Positions 44,498 through 55,335 of a stretch of DNA of 64,000 nucleotides are shown here, piece by piece. Positions within the stretch are counted from its first letter, which is position 1, and each line of letters starts with the position of its first letter. The position numbers were made by a program, and so were the translations under genes. The stretch is from an uncultured Deinococcaceae bacterium (GTDB lineage Bacteria > Deinococcota > Deinococci > Deinococcales > Deinococcaceae). The stretch spans positions 36,195-100,194 of the forward strand of contig CAXULY010000017.1 in the NCBI GenBank assembly GCA_964252075.1, given 5' to 3'. The notes under the pieces are model-generated. The model had not been told where the DNA came from, made no database searches, and was given only the letters and a program-made list of their open reading frames with translations.

Positions 44498-46228
44498 ATG
44501 CGTTTCCGTTCCCTGCTCACCGCTGGCCTGCTCGTGACCCTCACCGCCGCGCAGGCGCAGTCCGTCAAGAACCCCGGCAGCCTCGTGTACCTCACGACCG
44601 GCGACTGGTCCGGCTTCGACCCCGCGCACACCTTCGACGGGTCCGGCATCGAGATCCTCAAGAACACCCTGGAGACCCTGTACCTCCCCAGGGGCGACAG
44701 CCCCAACACCTACGAGCCGCTCCTCGCGGTGGGGAACCCCGTCATCACGGACGGCGGCAGGACCTACACCATCCAGCTGAACCCCAAGGCGAAGTTCAGT
44801 GACGGCACGCCCGTCACCGCCGAGGACGTGCGCTACAGCATCATGCGCCAGCTCCTGATGAGCACCGACGACGGCCCCGCCAGCCTGCTGCTGGAGCCCC
44901 TCACGGGCAGCACCGCCCCCATCCAGGCGAGCGACAAGGGTGCGTTTGCGCGCGTGAGCAAGGCCGTCACGGCGAAGGACGCGCACACCGTGGTGTTCCG
45001 CCTCGCGAAGCCCTTCTCGCCCTTCCAGGCGATCCTCGCGAACCCCGTGGCGGACGTGTACAGCAAGGCCGCCGCGGTGAAGGCGGGCGCCTGGGACGGC
45101 AGCGAGGCCAGCTGGACGAAGTTCGTGAACCAGCCGCTCGCGGACTCCCCGTACCTGAACGCGCCGCCCGTGGGCAGCGCGCCCTTCGTGCTGAGCCGCT
45201 ACGACAAGGGCAGCCAGATCATCCTGAAGCGCAACGACAACTACTGGCGCGCGCCCGCCAAGCTGCAGAACATCGCCATCAAGTCCGTGAATGAGGCCTC
45301 GACCGCCGCGCAGCTCCTCAAGACCGGGGACGCCGACATGATCCACGTGGGCGTGTACCCGCGCACCCTGCTCGCGCAGATCAAGGGGCTGAAGAACCTG
45401 CGCGTGCAGGACCAGGTGGCGAGCCTCTCCATGCAGGGCGCGTTCATGAACTTCAAGGTGCGCGGCGGCAACCCGGACAACGTGCTGGGCAGCGCGAAGC
45501 TGGACGGCAAGGGCATCCCCGCGAACTTCTTCAGCGACATCAACGTCCGCAGGGCCTTCGCGGCGAGCTTCGACAGCGCCGGGTACATCCGCCAGCAGTT
45601 GCAGGGCGGCGGGCTGCAGGCGGGCGGCGCGCTCATCAAGGGCATCGCCGGGTACGACCCCAGCCTGAAGTACAAGTTCGACAAGGCCGCCGCCACGAAC
45701 TTCTTCAAGAAGGCCTGGGGCGGGAAGCTGTGGCAGGTGGGCTTCACCATGCCGCTGGTGTGGGACAGCGGCAACGCCAATCACCAGCAGGCCGCGCTGC
45801 TCTTCAAGCGCAGCGTGGAGGCCCTGAACCCCAAGTTCCACATTGACGTGCGCGAGTTGCAGAACAGCGCGATCATCCAGGCGCGCAGCCAGGGGCAGCT
45901 GCCCATGTGGCTGGGCAGCTGGGGCGCGGATTACGCCGACGCCTACAACTTCGCGCAGCCGCTGCTGGAGAGCAACGGCTTCTACCCGCAGCAGAACAGC
46001 TACAAGAACCCCAAGGTGGACGCCCTGATCGCCAAGGCGGTCGCCAGCACCAACCCCGCGACCAGCACCGGGCTGTACCGCCAGGCGCAGCAGCTGGGCT
46101 TCGGTGACGTGGCGTACCTGCCCATCTACCAGCCGGAGCACTTCTCGGCGGAGCAGACGTGGGTGAAGGGGCACGCCGTGAACCCCCTGTCGGGCTTCAG
46201 CGCGTACTTCTACCCCATCAGCAAGTAA
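44498..46228 (+). CDS. ABC peptide-family substrate-binding protein, orphan copy 2
   Basis: Close paralog of 19724-21448; signal peptide; TACACT 7 nt upstream of ATG. Confidence 0.92.
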   Translation: MRFRSLLTAGLLVTLTAAQAQSVKNPGSLVYLTTGDWSGFDPAHTFDGSGIEILKNTLETLYLPRGDSPNTYEPLLAVGNPVITDGGRTYTIQLNPKAKFSDGTPVTAEDVRYSIMRQLLMSTDDGPASLLLEPLTGSTAPIQASDKGAFARVSKAVTAKDAHTVVFRLAKPFSPFQAILANPVADVYSKAAAVKAGAWDGSEASWTKFVNQPLADSPYLNAPPVGSAPFVLSRYDKGSQIILKRNDNYWRAPAKLQNIAIKSVNEASTAAQLLKTGDADMIHVGVYPRTLLAQIKGLKNLRVQDQVASLSMQGAFMNFKVRGGNPDNVLGSAKLDGKGIPANFFSDINVRRAFAASFDSAGYIRQQLQGGGLQAGGALIKGIAGYDPSLKYKFDKAAATNFFKKAWGGKLWQVGFTMPLVWDSGNANHQQAALLFKRSVEALNPKFHIDVRELQNSAIIQARSQGQLPMWLGSWGADYADAYNFAQPLLESNGFYPQQNSYKNPKVDALIAKAVASTNPATSTGLYRQAQQLGFGDVAYLPIYQPEHFSAEQTWVKGHAVNPLSGFSAYFYPISK

Positions 46229-46229
46229 G

Positions 46230-46278
46230 GGCAGGCAGCGGAGGGCCTCGGACACGTCCAAGGCCCTCCGCTGCTGCC
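46230..46278 (+). terminator. Long hairpin after the binding-protein gene
   Basis: gcagcggagggcct...aggccctccgctgc inverted repeat. Confidence 0.7.
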
Positions 46279-46650
46279 ACCATGTTGCTCAGGGAAGCCA
46301 ATCACCCTGGCTCAGCACTTCCCGTTCCGCCGCGTGGACCGGATGGCCGTGATCGGCTCGTGCACGCGCCTGGAAGACTGGGGAGAACGCTTGTCGCAGG
46401 GTCGTGCAGCGCCATGTGCCCGTGACGCTCAGCGCCGACTTCGAGCCCGACCACCTACCGAATGCCGTTGAGGGGCTGGAATGAAGCGCCTTATGTTCCC
46501 CATGGAGAGGCGCCGCTCCCCAGGGTGGGCGTGAACAGATTCCGCACGGCCACCGGGAGCGCTTCAGCAGCGCCTATGGACCCGAAGGCGCGCGGCCTCA
46601 CAATCGTGCACCGCCGCGTGGGCCGATGATGGCCCGCGCGGAGGTTTCAC

Positions 46651-47583
46651 ATGGAAGAACGGAATCTGGGGAAGTCGGGCCTGCGGGTCTCGGTGGTGGG
46701 CCTGGGCTGCAACAACTTCGGCGGGCGCCTGGACCTGGAGCAGACCCGCGCGGTCGTCACGAAGGCCCTCGACCTGGGCATCACGCTGTTCGACACGGCG
46801 GACGTGTACGGGAACCGCGGCGGCAGCGAGACGCAGCTCGGGCAGATCCTGGGCTCCGAGCGCGACCGCATCGTACTGGCGACCAAGTTCGCGATTCCCA
46901 TGGACGATAGTGGGCGCGCGCAGGGCGCCTCCCGGCACTACATCATGAAGGCCGTCGAGGCGAGCCTGAAGCGCCTCAAGACCGACCACATCGACCTGTA
47001 CCAGCTGCACCGCCCGGACCCGAACACGCCCATCGAGGAGACGCTGCGCGCCCTGAATGACCTGATCCGGCACGGCATGGTGCGGTACGTGGGCTGCTCG
47101 AACCTCCCGGCGTGGCAGGTGGCGGACGCGCAGTGGACGGCGAAGGCGGCGGGCCTGGAGGGTTTCGTGAGCATTCAGGACGAGTACAGCCTGCTGGTGC
47201 GCGGCGCGGAGGACGAGTTGCTGCCCGCCGCGCGCGCCTTCGGGCTGGGCCTGCTGCCGTACTTTCCGCTGGCGAGCGGCCTGCTGAGCGGCAAGTACCG
47301 CAAGGGCGAGCCCGTCCCGGAGGGCACGCGCCTCTCGGGACGCCCCATTGACCCCGCGAAGCTGGAGACCGTGGAGGCCCTGCGGGCCTTCGCGGAGGGG
47401 CAGGGGCACAGCCTGCTGGAGCTGGCGTTCAGCTGGCTGGCCGCGCAGAGCCCCGTCTCGAGCGTGATCGCGGGCGCCACGAAGCCCGAGCAGCTGGAGC
47501 AGAACGTCGCGGCGGTGAGCTGGGCCATGACGCCGGACGAGCTGACGGAAGTGGACCGCATCACGGGCCGCGCGCAGGGCTGA
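46651..47583 (+). CDS. Aldo/keto reductase
   Basis: GLGCNNFG; FDTADVYG; LATKF; IDLYQLH; GCSN. Confidence 0.95.
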   Translation: MEERNLGKSGLRVSVVGLGCNNFGGRLDLEQTRAVVTKALDLGITLFDTADVYGNRGGSETQLGQILGSERDRIVLATKFAIPMDDSGRAQGASRHYIMKAVEASLKRLKTDHIDLYQLHRPDPNTPIEETLRALNDLIRHGMVRYVGCSNLPAWQVADAQWTAKAAGLEGFVSIQDEYSLLVRGAEDELLPAARAFGLGLLPYFPLASGLLSGKYRKGEPVPEGTRLSGRPIDPAKLETVEALRAFAEGQGHSLLELAFSWLAAQSPVSSVIAGATKPEQLEQNVAAVSWAMTPDELTEVDRITGRAQG

Positions 47584-47609
47584 GGGGGCGGGCGTGGGCT
47601 GGACCCGGT

Positions 47610-48611
47610 TCAGCCCACGCTTGATTTTTGGGTGGCGTTCCACCAGGCCGCCGTGCGCGTCAGCCCCTCGCGGACCGTTACGCGCGGCGCGTACCTCAGG
47701 TCGCGCCGCGCGGCCGTGACGTCCAGCGTGACGCTGCGGCTCACCAGGGTCACGGTGTAGCGCGTGAGGGGCGGCTCGGGCTGGCCGGGCAGGCGGGCGC
47801 ACACGCCCTCCATGAGCCCGGCGGCGACGAGCGCCAGTCCTTCCGGCACGTGACCGCGCGGCGGTGGCAGGTTCAGCAGGCGCGCGAGTTCGCGGATGAG
47901 CGGCCAGACGGGGAGCGGTTCGCCATTCGTGATGTTGTACGCGCGGCCCAGCGCCTCTTTAGGCGCGCGCGCGGCGAGCAGCAGGGCATCCACGGCGTTC
48001 TCGACGTACGTGAGGTCCGCGACGGCCCGCCCATTCCCGATGACGGGCAGGCGACCCCGGGCGAGGCGCGCGGCGAGGCGCGGCACGATGGCGCTGTCGC
48101 CCTCCCCGAACACCGCGCGGGGGCGCAGGGTGACCGCCGCGAGGCCATCCGAGGTGGCGGCCCGCACCTCCTGCTCGGCGAGGAACTTGCTCTCCGCGTA
48201 GGCGTTCGCGAAGGTGTGGGGGGGCGGGGCGTCCTCCGGGATGTTGAGGGCGTCGCGGCCGGTCGCGTACAGGCTTGGGGTGGAGACGTGCACGAGCCGC
48301 GCGCCGGCGGCCAGCGCCGCGCGCGCCACGTGCCGGGTGCCCAGCACGTTGTCCTGCCGGAAGTCCGCCGGGCGGCCCCAGGGCGCGCTGCGCGCCCCGC
48401 AGTGGAAGACGACCTGCTGGCCAGTCGAGAGGGCGGGCCAGGGGCTCGGGTCGCGCAGGTCGGCGGGCCGGAAGTCGGCACCGAGCGCTTCCAGACGCAT
48501 CCCCTCGTGCGGGTTGCGCCCGGTTGCCGTGACCGCCCAGCCGTCCGCGAGGAGGCGCCGCGTGAGCGCGCCGCCCAGGAAGCCCGTGGCGCCCGTGACG
48601 AGCGCCCTCAT
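47610..48611 (-). CDS. Extended SDR (3-beta-HSD/OleD-like NAD-dependent reductase/epimerase)
   Basis: TGATGFLG; HVSTPS; YAESK; LRPRAVFG. Confidence 0.9.
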   Translation of the reverse strand: MRALVTGATGFLGGALTRRLLADGWAVTATGRNPHEGMRLEALGADFRPADLRDPSPWPALSTGQQVVFHCGARSAPWGRPADFRQDNVLGTRHVARAALAAGARLVHVSTPSLYATGRDALNIPEDAPPPHTFANAYAESKFLAEQEVRAATSDGLAAVTLRPRAVFGEGDSAIVPRLAARLARGRLPVIGNGRAVADLTYVENAVDALLLAARAPKEALGRAYNITNGEPLPVWPLIRELARLLNLPPPRGHVPEGLALVAAGLMEGVCARLPGQPEPPLTRYTVTLVSRSVTLDVTAARRDLRYAPRVTVREGLTRTAAWWNATQKSSVG

Positions 48612-49723
48612 GCCTCGCCGTTCCATTCGATGTCGAGGGTGCTGGCGGCGAGGGGTGACACCCCGGCGCGCCAGCCGCGCCACGCGAGGTTCAGCGCGAG
48701 GAGGGGCTGGGCGAGGGCGGGGAGGGGGTCGGCGGGGCTCCACACGGCGTCCCGTGCCCATGACAGCGCGGCGCGGCCTGCGGCGGACCGCCAGCCGCCG
48801 CCGAGCAGCAGGGCGCCCTTGAGCGCCACGGTGAACCCCTCAGCCGGTTCGAGGGGCGTGTCCCGGCCGTCCAGCAGCGCCCGGGTGAACGCGGGGCCGT
48901 CCGTGAACAGGTGCGCGCCGCTGGTGAGGCGTGGGTTGCACTCGATGGCGCGCACCCGCCCGCCTTCATCCTCGATGAAGTCGAAGGCGAGGAAGCCGTC
49001 CGTGAGGCCCGCGCCCTGCATGAAACCCTCCACCCAGGCGCGCACGCCCGCGTGCCGGGCGGCGGTGAACACCACCGTCGCGCCGCCCGCGCGCACTCCG
49101 GCGGCGTACACGGCGTGCAGGACGAGGTGCCCGCCGCGCACGGCGCTGAAGCTGCACCACTCGCGGCCCAGGAGGCGGCGCTGCGCCACCCAGGGGTCGG
49201 CGGGTGTGGGCGTGAAATCGAGGCGCTCTGGGCCGATCCGCGTGCGGGTGCCGAAGCGGGAGTACGCGGGCTTGAACACCCAGTCGCGTGACTGACGGGC
49301 GAAGGGGTACACATCGTCCGGCGAGGTGAGGCGGTGCGTTTCGGGCGCGGGGAGGCCCAGGTCGCGGGCGACGTCCACGAAGCGGCCCTTGTCGTGCCAG
49401 GGGCGCAGGGTGGCGAGGTCGGGCGTGAAGGGACGGGTGAGGCGCGCGAGGCGGGCGTGGTCGCGCGCCACCCAGAAGACCTCCTCGCAGGTGGGGATGA
49501 GGTGGTCGGCGTGGAGGGCGAGGGCGCGCAGGTGGCGTGAGAAGCCGTGCGGGTCGTGGCGCGGGGCGGGCAGGGTGTGGCGGGCGCTCACGGCGCTGGA
49601 GCAGGCGGTGAGGTTCCAGGGGAGGCCCTCGGCGGCCTCCACGGTGCAGCCGCCCGCGTGCAGGAGGCGGGCGAGGTGCAGGGTGGCGGGCGCCCGGCCT
49701 CCGGTGAGCAGCACGCGCGGCAT
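48608..49723 (-). CDS. ATP-grasp domain protein
   Basis: IPTCEE; HDK..F; KPAYSRFG; AFDFI; IECNPR; ATGA coupling to the SDR gene. Confidence 0.85.
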   Translation of the reverse strand: MPRVLLTGGRAPATLHLARLLHAGGCTVEAAEGLPWNLTACSSAVSARHTLPAPRHDPHGFSRHLRALALHADHLIPTCEEVFWVARDHARLARLTRPFTPDLATLRPWHDKGRFVDVARDLGLPAPETHRLTSPDDVYPFARQSRDWVFKPAYSRFGTRTRIGPERLDFTPTPADPWVAQRRLLGREWCSFSAVRGGHLVLHAVYAAGVRAGGATVVFTAARHAGVRAWVEGFMQGAGLTDGFLAFDFIEDEGGRVRAIECNPRLTSGAHLFTDGPAFTRALLDGRDTPLEPAEGFTVALKGALLLGGGWRSAAGRAALSWARDAVWSPADPLPALAQPLLALNLAWRGWRAGVSPLAASTLDIEWNGEA

Positions 49724-49814
49724 GCCCATCAGCTTAGACGGTGACGGCGGGTTCCCCATCCTTTCGCATTTGATATATTTGCTTTTTTAAACTATCCAAG
49801 AGTAAAATAGATGC

Positions 49815-50276
49815 ATGACCGTCTCCTCCCCCATCCGTCCCACGCGTTCCGACACGGAACGGCTGCTCAGCGGCATCTGGAGTCTCAGCCGCATGATCGG
49901 CCAGGACATCGACCCCCTGCTGCAGGAACAGCACGGCATCGACATGCGCGCCTACGGCCTCCTGAAAATGATTCAGGGCAGCGCCTACCCCAAGGACCTC
50001 GCGCAGAAACTCAAGCTGCCCGGCAGCCTCGTGAGCCGCCACCTCGACCAGCTGCAGACCCTCGGGCTGATCGAGCGGCACATCGACGAGAAGGACAGCC
50101 GCCGCATCCGGCTGGCCCTCACGGCGCGCGGCCAGGAAGTTACGCACGCGGCGTCCGAGGGCCTGCACCATTCCGTCAGCGCGCGCCTCGCACACCTGAG
50201 CCCCGAGGCGCGCGCGCAGTTCCTCGACACCCTGGAGGGCCTCACCCGCCAGACCCCCGCCGAGGCCACGCCATGA
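49815..50276 (+). CDS. MarR-family regulator
   Basis: w[19 protein letters not shown]...LT.RG. Confidence 0.92.
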   Translation: MTVSSPIRPTRSDTERLLSGIWSLSRMIGQDIDPLLQEQHGIDMRAYGLLKMIQGSAYPKDLAQKLKLPGSLVSRHLDQLQTLGLIERHIDEKDSRRIRLALTARGQEVTHAASEGLHHSVSARLAHLSPEARAQFLDTLEGLTRQTPAEATP

Positions 50277-52324
50277 CGGAAGCCCCCGCCTTCAACTTCA
50301 CGAAGCAGGAAAAGACCATCACGCTCGTCGCGCTGATGGTGGTGTTCCTGCTCAGCGCGCTCGACCAGACCATCGTGAGCACCGCCATGCCGCGCATCAT
50401 CGAGCAGCTGAACGGCCTGTCGCTGTACAGCTGGGTGACGACCGCGTACCTGCTCGCGAGCACCGTCATGGTGCCCATCTACGGCAAACTCAGCGACCTG
50501 TACGGCCGCAAACCCATCCTGCTGGTCGGCGTGAGCCTCTTCCTGCTGGGCTCCGCGCTGTGCGGCATGAGCGGCGAGCCGTGGTTCGGCGGGCTGTTCG
50601 GCGGCGGCATGGTGCAGCTCATCGTGTTCCGCGCCCTGCAGGGCCTGGGCGGCGCGGCGCTCTTCACGAGCGCGTTCGCCATCATCGCGGACATGTTCCC
50701 GCCCGCGGAGCGCGCGAAGTTCGGCGGGCTGTTCGGCGCGGTCTTCGGCCTGTCCAGCGTGCTGGGGCCGCTGGTGGGCGGCTTCCTCACGGACCACGGC
50801 AGCGTGAGCCTGCTCGGCTACCACATCGAGGGCTGGCGCTGGGTGTTCTACGTGAACCTCCCGCTGGGCCTGCTGTCCCTGTTCCTGATCGTGGCGAAAA
50901 TGCCGCGCCTCACGCACCGGGCCCTCGGCAAGGTGGACATCCCGGGCGCCCTGCTGATCCTCACGACCACCGTGCCGCTGCTGCTGGCCCTCACCTGGGG
51001 CGGCACCACCTACGCCTGGGACAGCGCCCGCATCCTCACGCTGTTCGCGGTGAGCGTGGTCAGCCTCGCGCTCTTCATTTGGGTGGAGTCGCGCAACAAG
51101 GACGCCATCCTGCCGCTCTCGCTCTTCAGGATTCCGGTCTTCACCTTCTCGAACCTCGCCGGATTCGTGATCGGCATGGCCTTCCTGGGCGTCGTGATGT
51201 TCCTGCCGCTGTTCATGCAGACGGTGCTGGGCATCAGCGCCACCAACAGCGGCTTCTCGCTGCTGCCCCTGATGGCGGGCCTGATCCTCGCGAGCATCGT
51301 GAGCGGTCAGCTGGTCGCCCGGACCGGCAACTACAAGCCCTTCATGATCGGCGGCGGCGTCATCCTGATCGTGGGCGTGTGGCTCCTCACGGGCATCGGC
51401 GTGAACACCACCGTGTGGGACCTCGCGTGGCGCATGTTCATCGTGGGCCTGGGGCTGGGCCCCAGCCAGAGCCTCTACAACCTCGCGGTGCAGAACGCCG
51501 TCCCCATGACGCAGATGGGCATCGCGACGAGCTCCAGCCAGTTCTTCCGGCAGATCGGCAGCACCATCGGCACCGCCATCTTCGGGACGCTGCTGCTCAG
51601 CAACCTGCAGACGCAGCTCCCGAAGTACCTGCCGGACGTGCCGGGCATGGCGAACGTCGCGAAGAACATCAACCTCGGTGAGCTGCGCGGCAGCAGCAGT
51701 GGCGGCGGCAGCCAGGCGGCGCAGCTCAAGGCGGGCGTCGACAAGCAGTACGCCCTCGTCGAGACGGCCATCAAGGGCGACGCGGCCGCCACCGCCGCCG
51801 TCCTGAAGAACCCCGCGACGCCCGAATCCCTGAAGAGGCTCTTCGCGGCGGGCAGCTTCCAGGCGACCGTGCAGGCGCAGGTGAAGGCGCAGGCCGCGCA
51901 GCTCTCCGCCACCCTCCGCCAGGGCGAGGCGGGCCGCCAGTCGCTCCTGGCCAGCAGCCAGACGCCCACAGTCCTCAAGGACCAGCTGCGCGCGCTGCCC
52001 GCCAGCGCGCTGAGCACCCCGCAGGCCGCCGCGCGCACCGCCGCGCAGTTCCAGCAGGCGGTGCTGGGGCAGGCGCCCGAGATCGCGGACCTCACCGCCG
52101 GGACGGTCCTGAAGGAAGTGCGCCAGACGCTCGACCAGCAGGCCACCAAGCTGGCCGCGCAGGTGCAGAGCGGCATGAAGCAGGGCTTCAGCGCCAGCGT
52201 CACGCGGATGTTCGGCACCAGCATCTGGATCATCGTGGTGGGCGTGATCATCACGCTGTTCATTCCCGCGCTGCCGCTGCGGCAGCGCGGTCAGCCGCAG
52301 GGCGCCCCGAGCGCCGCGGACTGA
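50273..52324 (+). CDS. 14-TM DHA2 (EmrB/QacA-like) efflux MFS with a large extracytoplasmic insertion
   Basis: [31 protein letters not shown]; long hydrophilic segment before the last TM. Confidence 0.92.
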   Translation: MTEAPAFNFTKQEKTITLVALMVVFLLSALDQTIVSTAMPRIIEQLNGLSLYSWVTTAYLLASTVMVPIYGKLSDLYGRKPILLVGVSLFLLGSALCGMSGEPWFGGLFGGGMVQLIVFRALQGLGGAALFTSAFAIIADMFPPAERAKFGGLFGAVFGLSSVLGPLVGGFLTDHGSVSLLGYHIEGWRWVFYVNLPLGLLSLFLIVAKMPRLTHRALGKVDIPGALLILTTTVPLLLALTWGGTTYAWDSARILTLFAVSVVSLALFIWVESRNKDAILPLSLFRIPVFTFSNLAGFVIGMAFLGVVMFLPLFMQTVLGISATNSGFSLLPLMAGLILASIVSGQLVARTGNYKPFMIGGGVILIVGVWLLTGIGVNTTVWDLAWRMFIVGLGLGPSQSLYNLAVQNAVPMTQMGIATSSSQFFRQIGSTIGTAIFGTLLLSNLQTQLPKYLPDVPGMANVAKNINLGELRGSSSGGGSQAAQLKAGVDKQYALVETAIKGDAAATAAVLKNPATPESLKRLFAAGSFQATVQAQVKAQAAQLSATLRQGEAGRQSLLASSQTPTVLKDQLRALPASALSTPQAAARTAAQFQQAVLGQAPEIADLTAGTVLKEVRQTLDQQATKLAAQVQSGMKQGFSASVTRMFGTSIWIIVVGVIITLFIPALPLRQRGQPQGAPSAAD

Positions 52325-52418
52325 GCGGGCGGGCTGGGGGGAGGGCGCCCAAACGCGCCCTTCCCGCTTCGTTGGCGCCGCACCTTTCGCTGACCCGGAT
52401 TTGATCTAATACCCCCTG

Positions 52419-53471
52419 ATGACGCGCACCCTGACCTCCCCCACCCCCGCCGAGCTGGGCTTCGCGATGCCCGCCGAGTGGGCGCCGCACGCCGCCACCT
52501 GGATGAGCTGGCCGCAGGACGACGACCTGTGGTTCGGGCACCTCCAGGCCGTGCGCGTGGAGTTCGCGGCGCTCGTGCGGACCATCGCGCGCTTCGAGTC
52601 GGTGCGGCTGCTGGTGCGCGACGACGACAGCGAGCAGGACGCCCGCGCCCGCCTGGAGGGCGCGAACGTCACCTACCACCGGGTGCCGCTGGACGACGTG
52701 TGGCTGCGAGACAACGGCCCCCTGTTCGTGACGCGCGGCGGGGAGGTGGCGCTCACCGACTGGCGCTTCAACAGCTGGGGCGGGAAGTTCCAGTGGGCGA
52801 ACGACGACCGGGTGCCGGAGGCGGTGGCGGGCGAGTTGGGCGCCGTGCGCTGGAGCCTGCCCTATGTGCTGGAGGGCGGCGCGCTGGAGGTGAACGGCGC
52901 GGGCGTGGCCCTCACGACCCGCAGCTGCCTCCTCACCGAGACCCGCAATCCCGGCTTGGACGAGGCGGGGTACGCGGACCTCCTGCGCGCGAACCTGGGC
53001 GTGGAGCGGCTGCTGTGGCTGGGCGGTGGCCTGGAGAACGACCACACGGACGGGCACATCGACACCATCACGCGCTTCACGGACGCCCGCACCATCGTGA
53101 CGAGCGTCGCGGCGGACCCCAGCGACGCGAACTGGGCGCCCATGCGCGCGAACCTGGAGGCGCTGCGCGGCATGACGGACCTGCACGGCCAGCCCTTCCA
53201 GATTGTCGAGCTGCCGCTGCCCGCAGACCGCCTGGAGGGCGCGGAGGGCCGCCTGCCGCCCACCTACGCGAACTTCTACATCGGGAACGGCTTCGTGGTG
53301 GTCCCGCAGTACGGCGACCCGAGCGACGGGCGCGCGCTGGAGGTGCTGCGCCCGCTCTTCCCGGACCGCGAGGTGATCGGGTCGCCGTCCCGCGCGATCA
53401 TCGAGGGCGGCGGCAGCTTCCACTGCGTGACACAGCAACAGCCCGCCGGCGCCATCTGGAGGGGCGAGTGA
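52419..53471 (+). CDS. aguA: Agmatine deiminase
   Basis: MPAEW; WLRDNGP; LEGG; HTDGHID; YANF; GGSFHCVTQQ. Confidence 0.95.
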   Translation: MTRTLTSPTPAELGFAMPAEWAPHAATWMSWPQDDDLWFGHLQAVRVEFAALVRTIARFESVRLLVRDDDSEQDARARLEGANVTYHRVPLDDVWLRDNGPLFVTRGGEVALTDWRFNSWGGKFQWANDDRVPEAVAGELGAVRWSLPYVLEGGALEVNGAGVALTTRSCLLTETRNPGLDEAGYADLLRANLGVERLLWLGGGLENDHTDGHIDTITRFTDARTIVTSVAADPSDANWAPMRANLEALRGMTDLHGQPFQIVELPLPADRLEGAEGRLPPTYANFYIGNGFVVVPQYGDPSDGRALEVLRPLFPDREVIGSPSRAIIEGGGSFHCVTQQQPAGAIWRGE

Positions 53472-53504
53472 ACCTCAGGTCCCCCACCTCACAGGAGGAA
53501 CCCC

Positions 53505-54380
<876 letters not shown>

Positions 54381-54536
54381 TGCCCCGCGCGTAGGGGAAG
54401 GGAGCGGGCGCGATGTGAGGCCAGCTCCCTATTTCAATGCCGCGTCAACCCGCGCTGAAGGGCGCGTCAACCTGACGTAATGGTGATTTGGCGGTCGGCT
54501 CATAGGGCATAGGTGGGCGCCCCCTAGCCTGAAGGC

Positions 54537-55262
54537 ATGCATCGACTCTCCATTGTCCTGATCGGCCTGACCACCACCTTCGCCCTCGCGCAGAGCGGCA
54601 CCTCCACCACCGGCACGTCCGCCCCCTCGACGGGCGGCACCTCCATGACCGGCAGCAGCATGATGAACGGCACGTCCATGATGAATGGCAGCAGCATGGG
54701 CGGCACGTCCATGTCGGGCGGCAGCATGATGAACGGCTCCAGCATGGGCGGCACGTCCATGTCGGGCAGCAGCATGATGAACGGCACCAGCATGTCGGGC
54801 ACCTCCACGGCGGGCGGCGCGGGCACCGCGACGAAGCTGGACACGGCCTTCGTGACGGCGGCGGGGCAGGGCAACACCTTCGAGATTCAGGCGGCGCAGC
54901 TGGCGCTGAAGAACAGCACGAACGCGAAGGTCAAGGCCTACGCGCAGCAGATGATCAAGGACCACACGGCGCTCGGCAACAGCGTGAAGGCCGCCCTGCA
55001 GAAGGACGACCCCAGCCTCCAGCCGCCCACCGACGTGAACGCCGCGCAGCGCACGCTGCTCGTGAAGCTCGGCGCGCTCAAGGGCGCGGCCTTCGACGCG
55101 GCGTATAAGAACGCCAACGTGCTGAGCCACACCGAGACCTACGCGCTGTTCACGGACTACATCAAGAGTGGCAAGCTCACGAACCTGAAGTCGGTCGTGC
55201 AGAAGTACAACCCGACCGTGAAGATGCACCTCGACATGGCCAAGACGCTCCCCGCCACCTGA
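54537..55262 (+). CDS. Secreted DUF4142 (ferritin-like) protein with Met/Ser/Gly repeats
   Basis: Signal peptide; D..F...A.....EI..A.LA; YA..MI.DH; G..FD..Y; HL.MA. Confidence 0.85.
   Translation: MHRLSIVLIGLTTTFALAQSGTSTTGTSAPSTGGTSMTGSSMMNGTSMMNGSSMGGTSMSGGSMMNGSSMGGTSMSGSSMMNGTSMSGTSTAGGAGTATKLDTAFVTAAGQGNTFEIQAAQLALKNSTNAKVKAYAQQMIKDHTALGNSVKAALQKDDPSLQPPTDVNAAQRTLLVKLGALKGAAFDAAYKNANVLSHTETYALFTDYIKSGKLTNLKSVVQKYNPTVKMHLDMAKTLPAT
54643..54801 (+). repeat. Coding tandem repeat with an approximately 48-nt (16-aa) unit
   Basis: agcatgggcggcacgtccatgtcgggc(g/a)gcagcatgatgaacggc occurs twice, with degenerate copies on either side. Confidence 0.8.
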
Positions 55263-55278
55263 GGCGAGACGAGATGAG

Positions 55279-55306
55279 AGCGGCGCCCCAGTGGGGCGCC
55301 GCTTTT
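55279..55306 (+). terminator. Rho-independent terminator
   Basis: agcggcgcccca/ggggcgccgct hairpin followed by ttt. Confidence 0.8.
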
Positions 55307-55335
55307 GTCCGGCCCGCACCCTGTAGCCTGAACGG

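Noticed and set aside
39906..49723. Calling the cluster oleABCD or a ceramide pathway
   Set aside because: No OleB alpha/beta-hydrolase and no serine palmitoyltransferase; the adenylating enzyme is the short F390/PaaK type and extra ATP-grasp and GNAT genes are present
54464..54480. Radiation/desiccation response motif (RDRM)
   Set aside because: The right half ACGTAA fits but the left half does not match TTAYG or TTCTG
54643..54801. CRISPR-like repeats
   Set aside because: In-frame coding repeats without unique spacers, and no cas genes nearby
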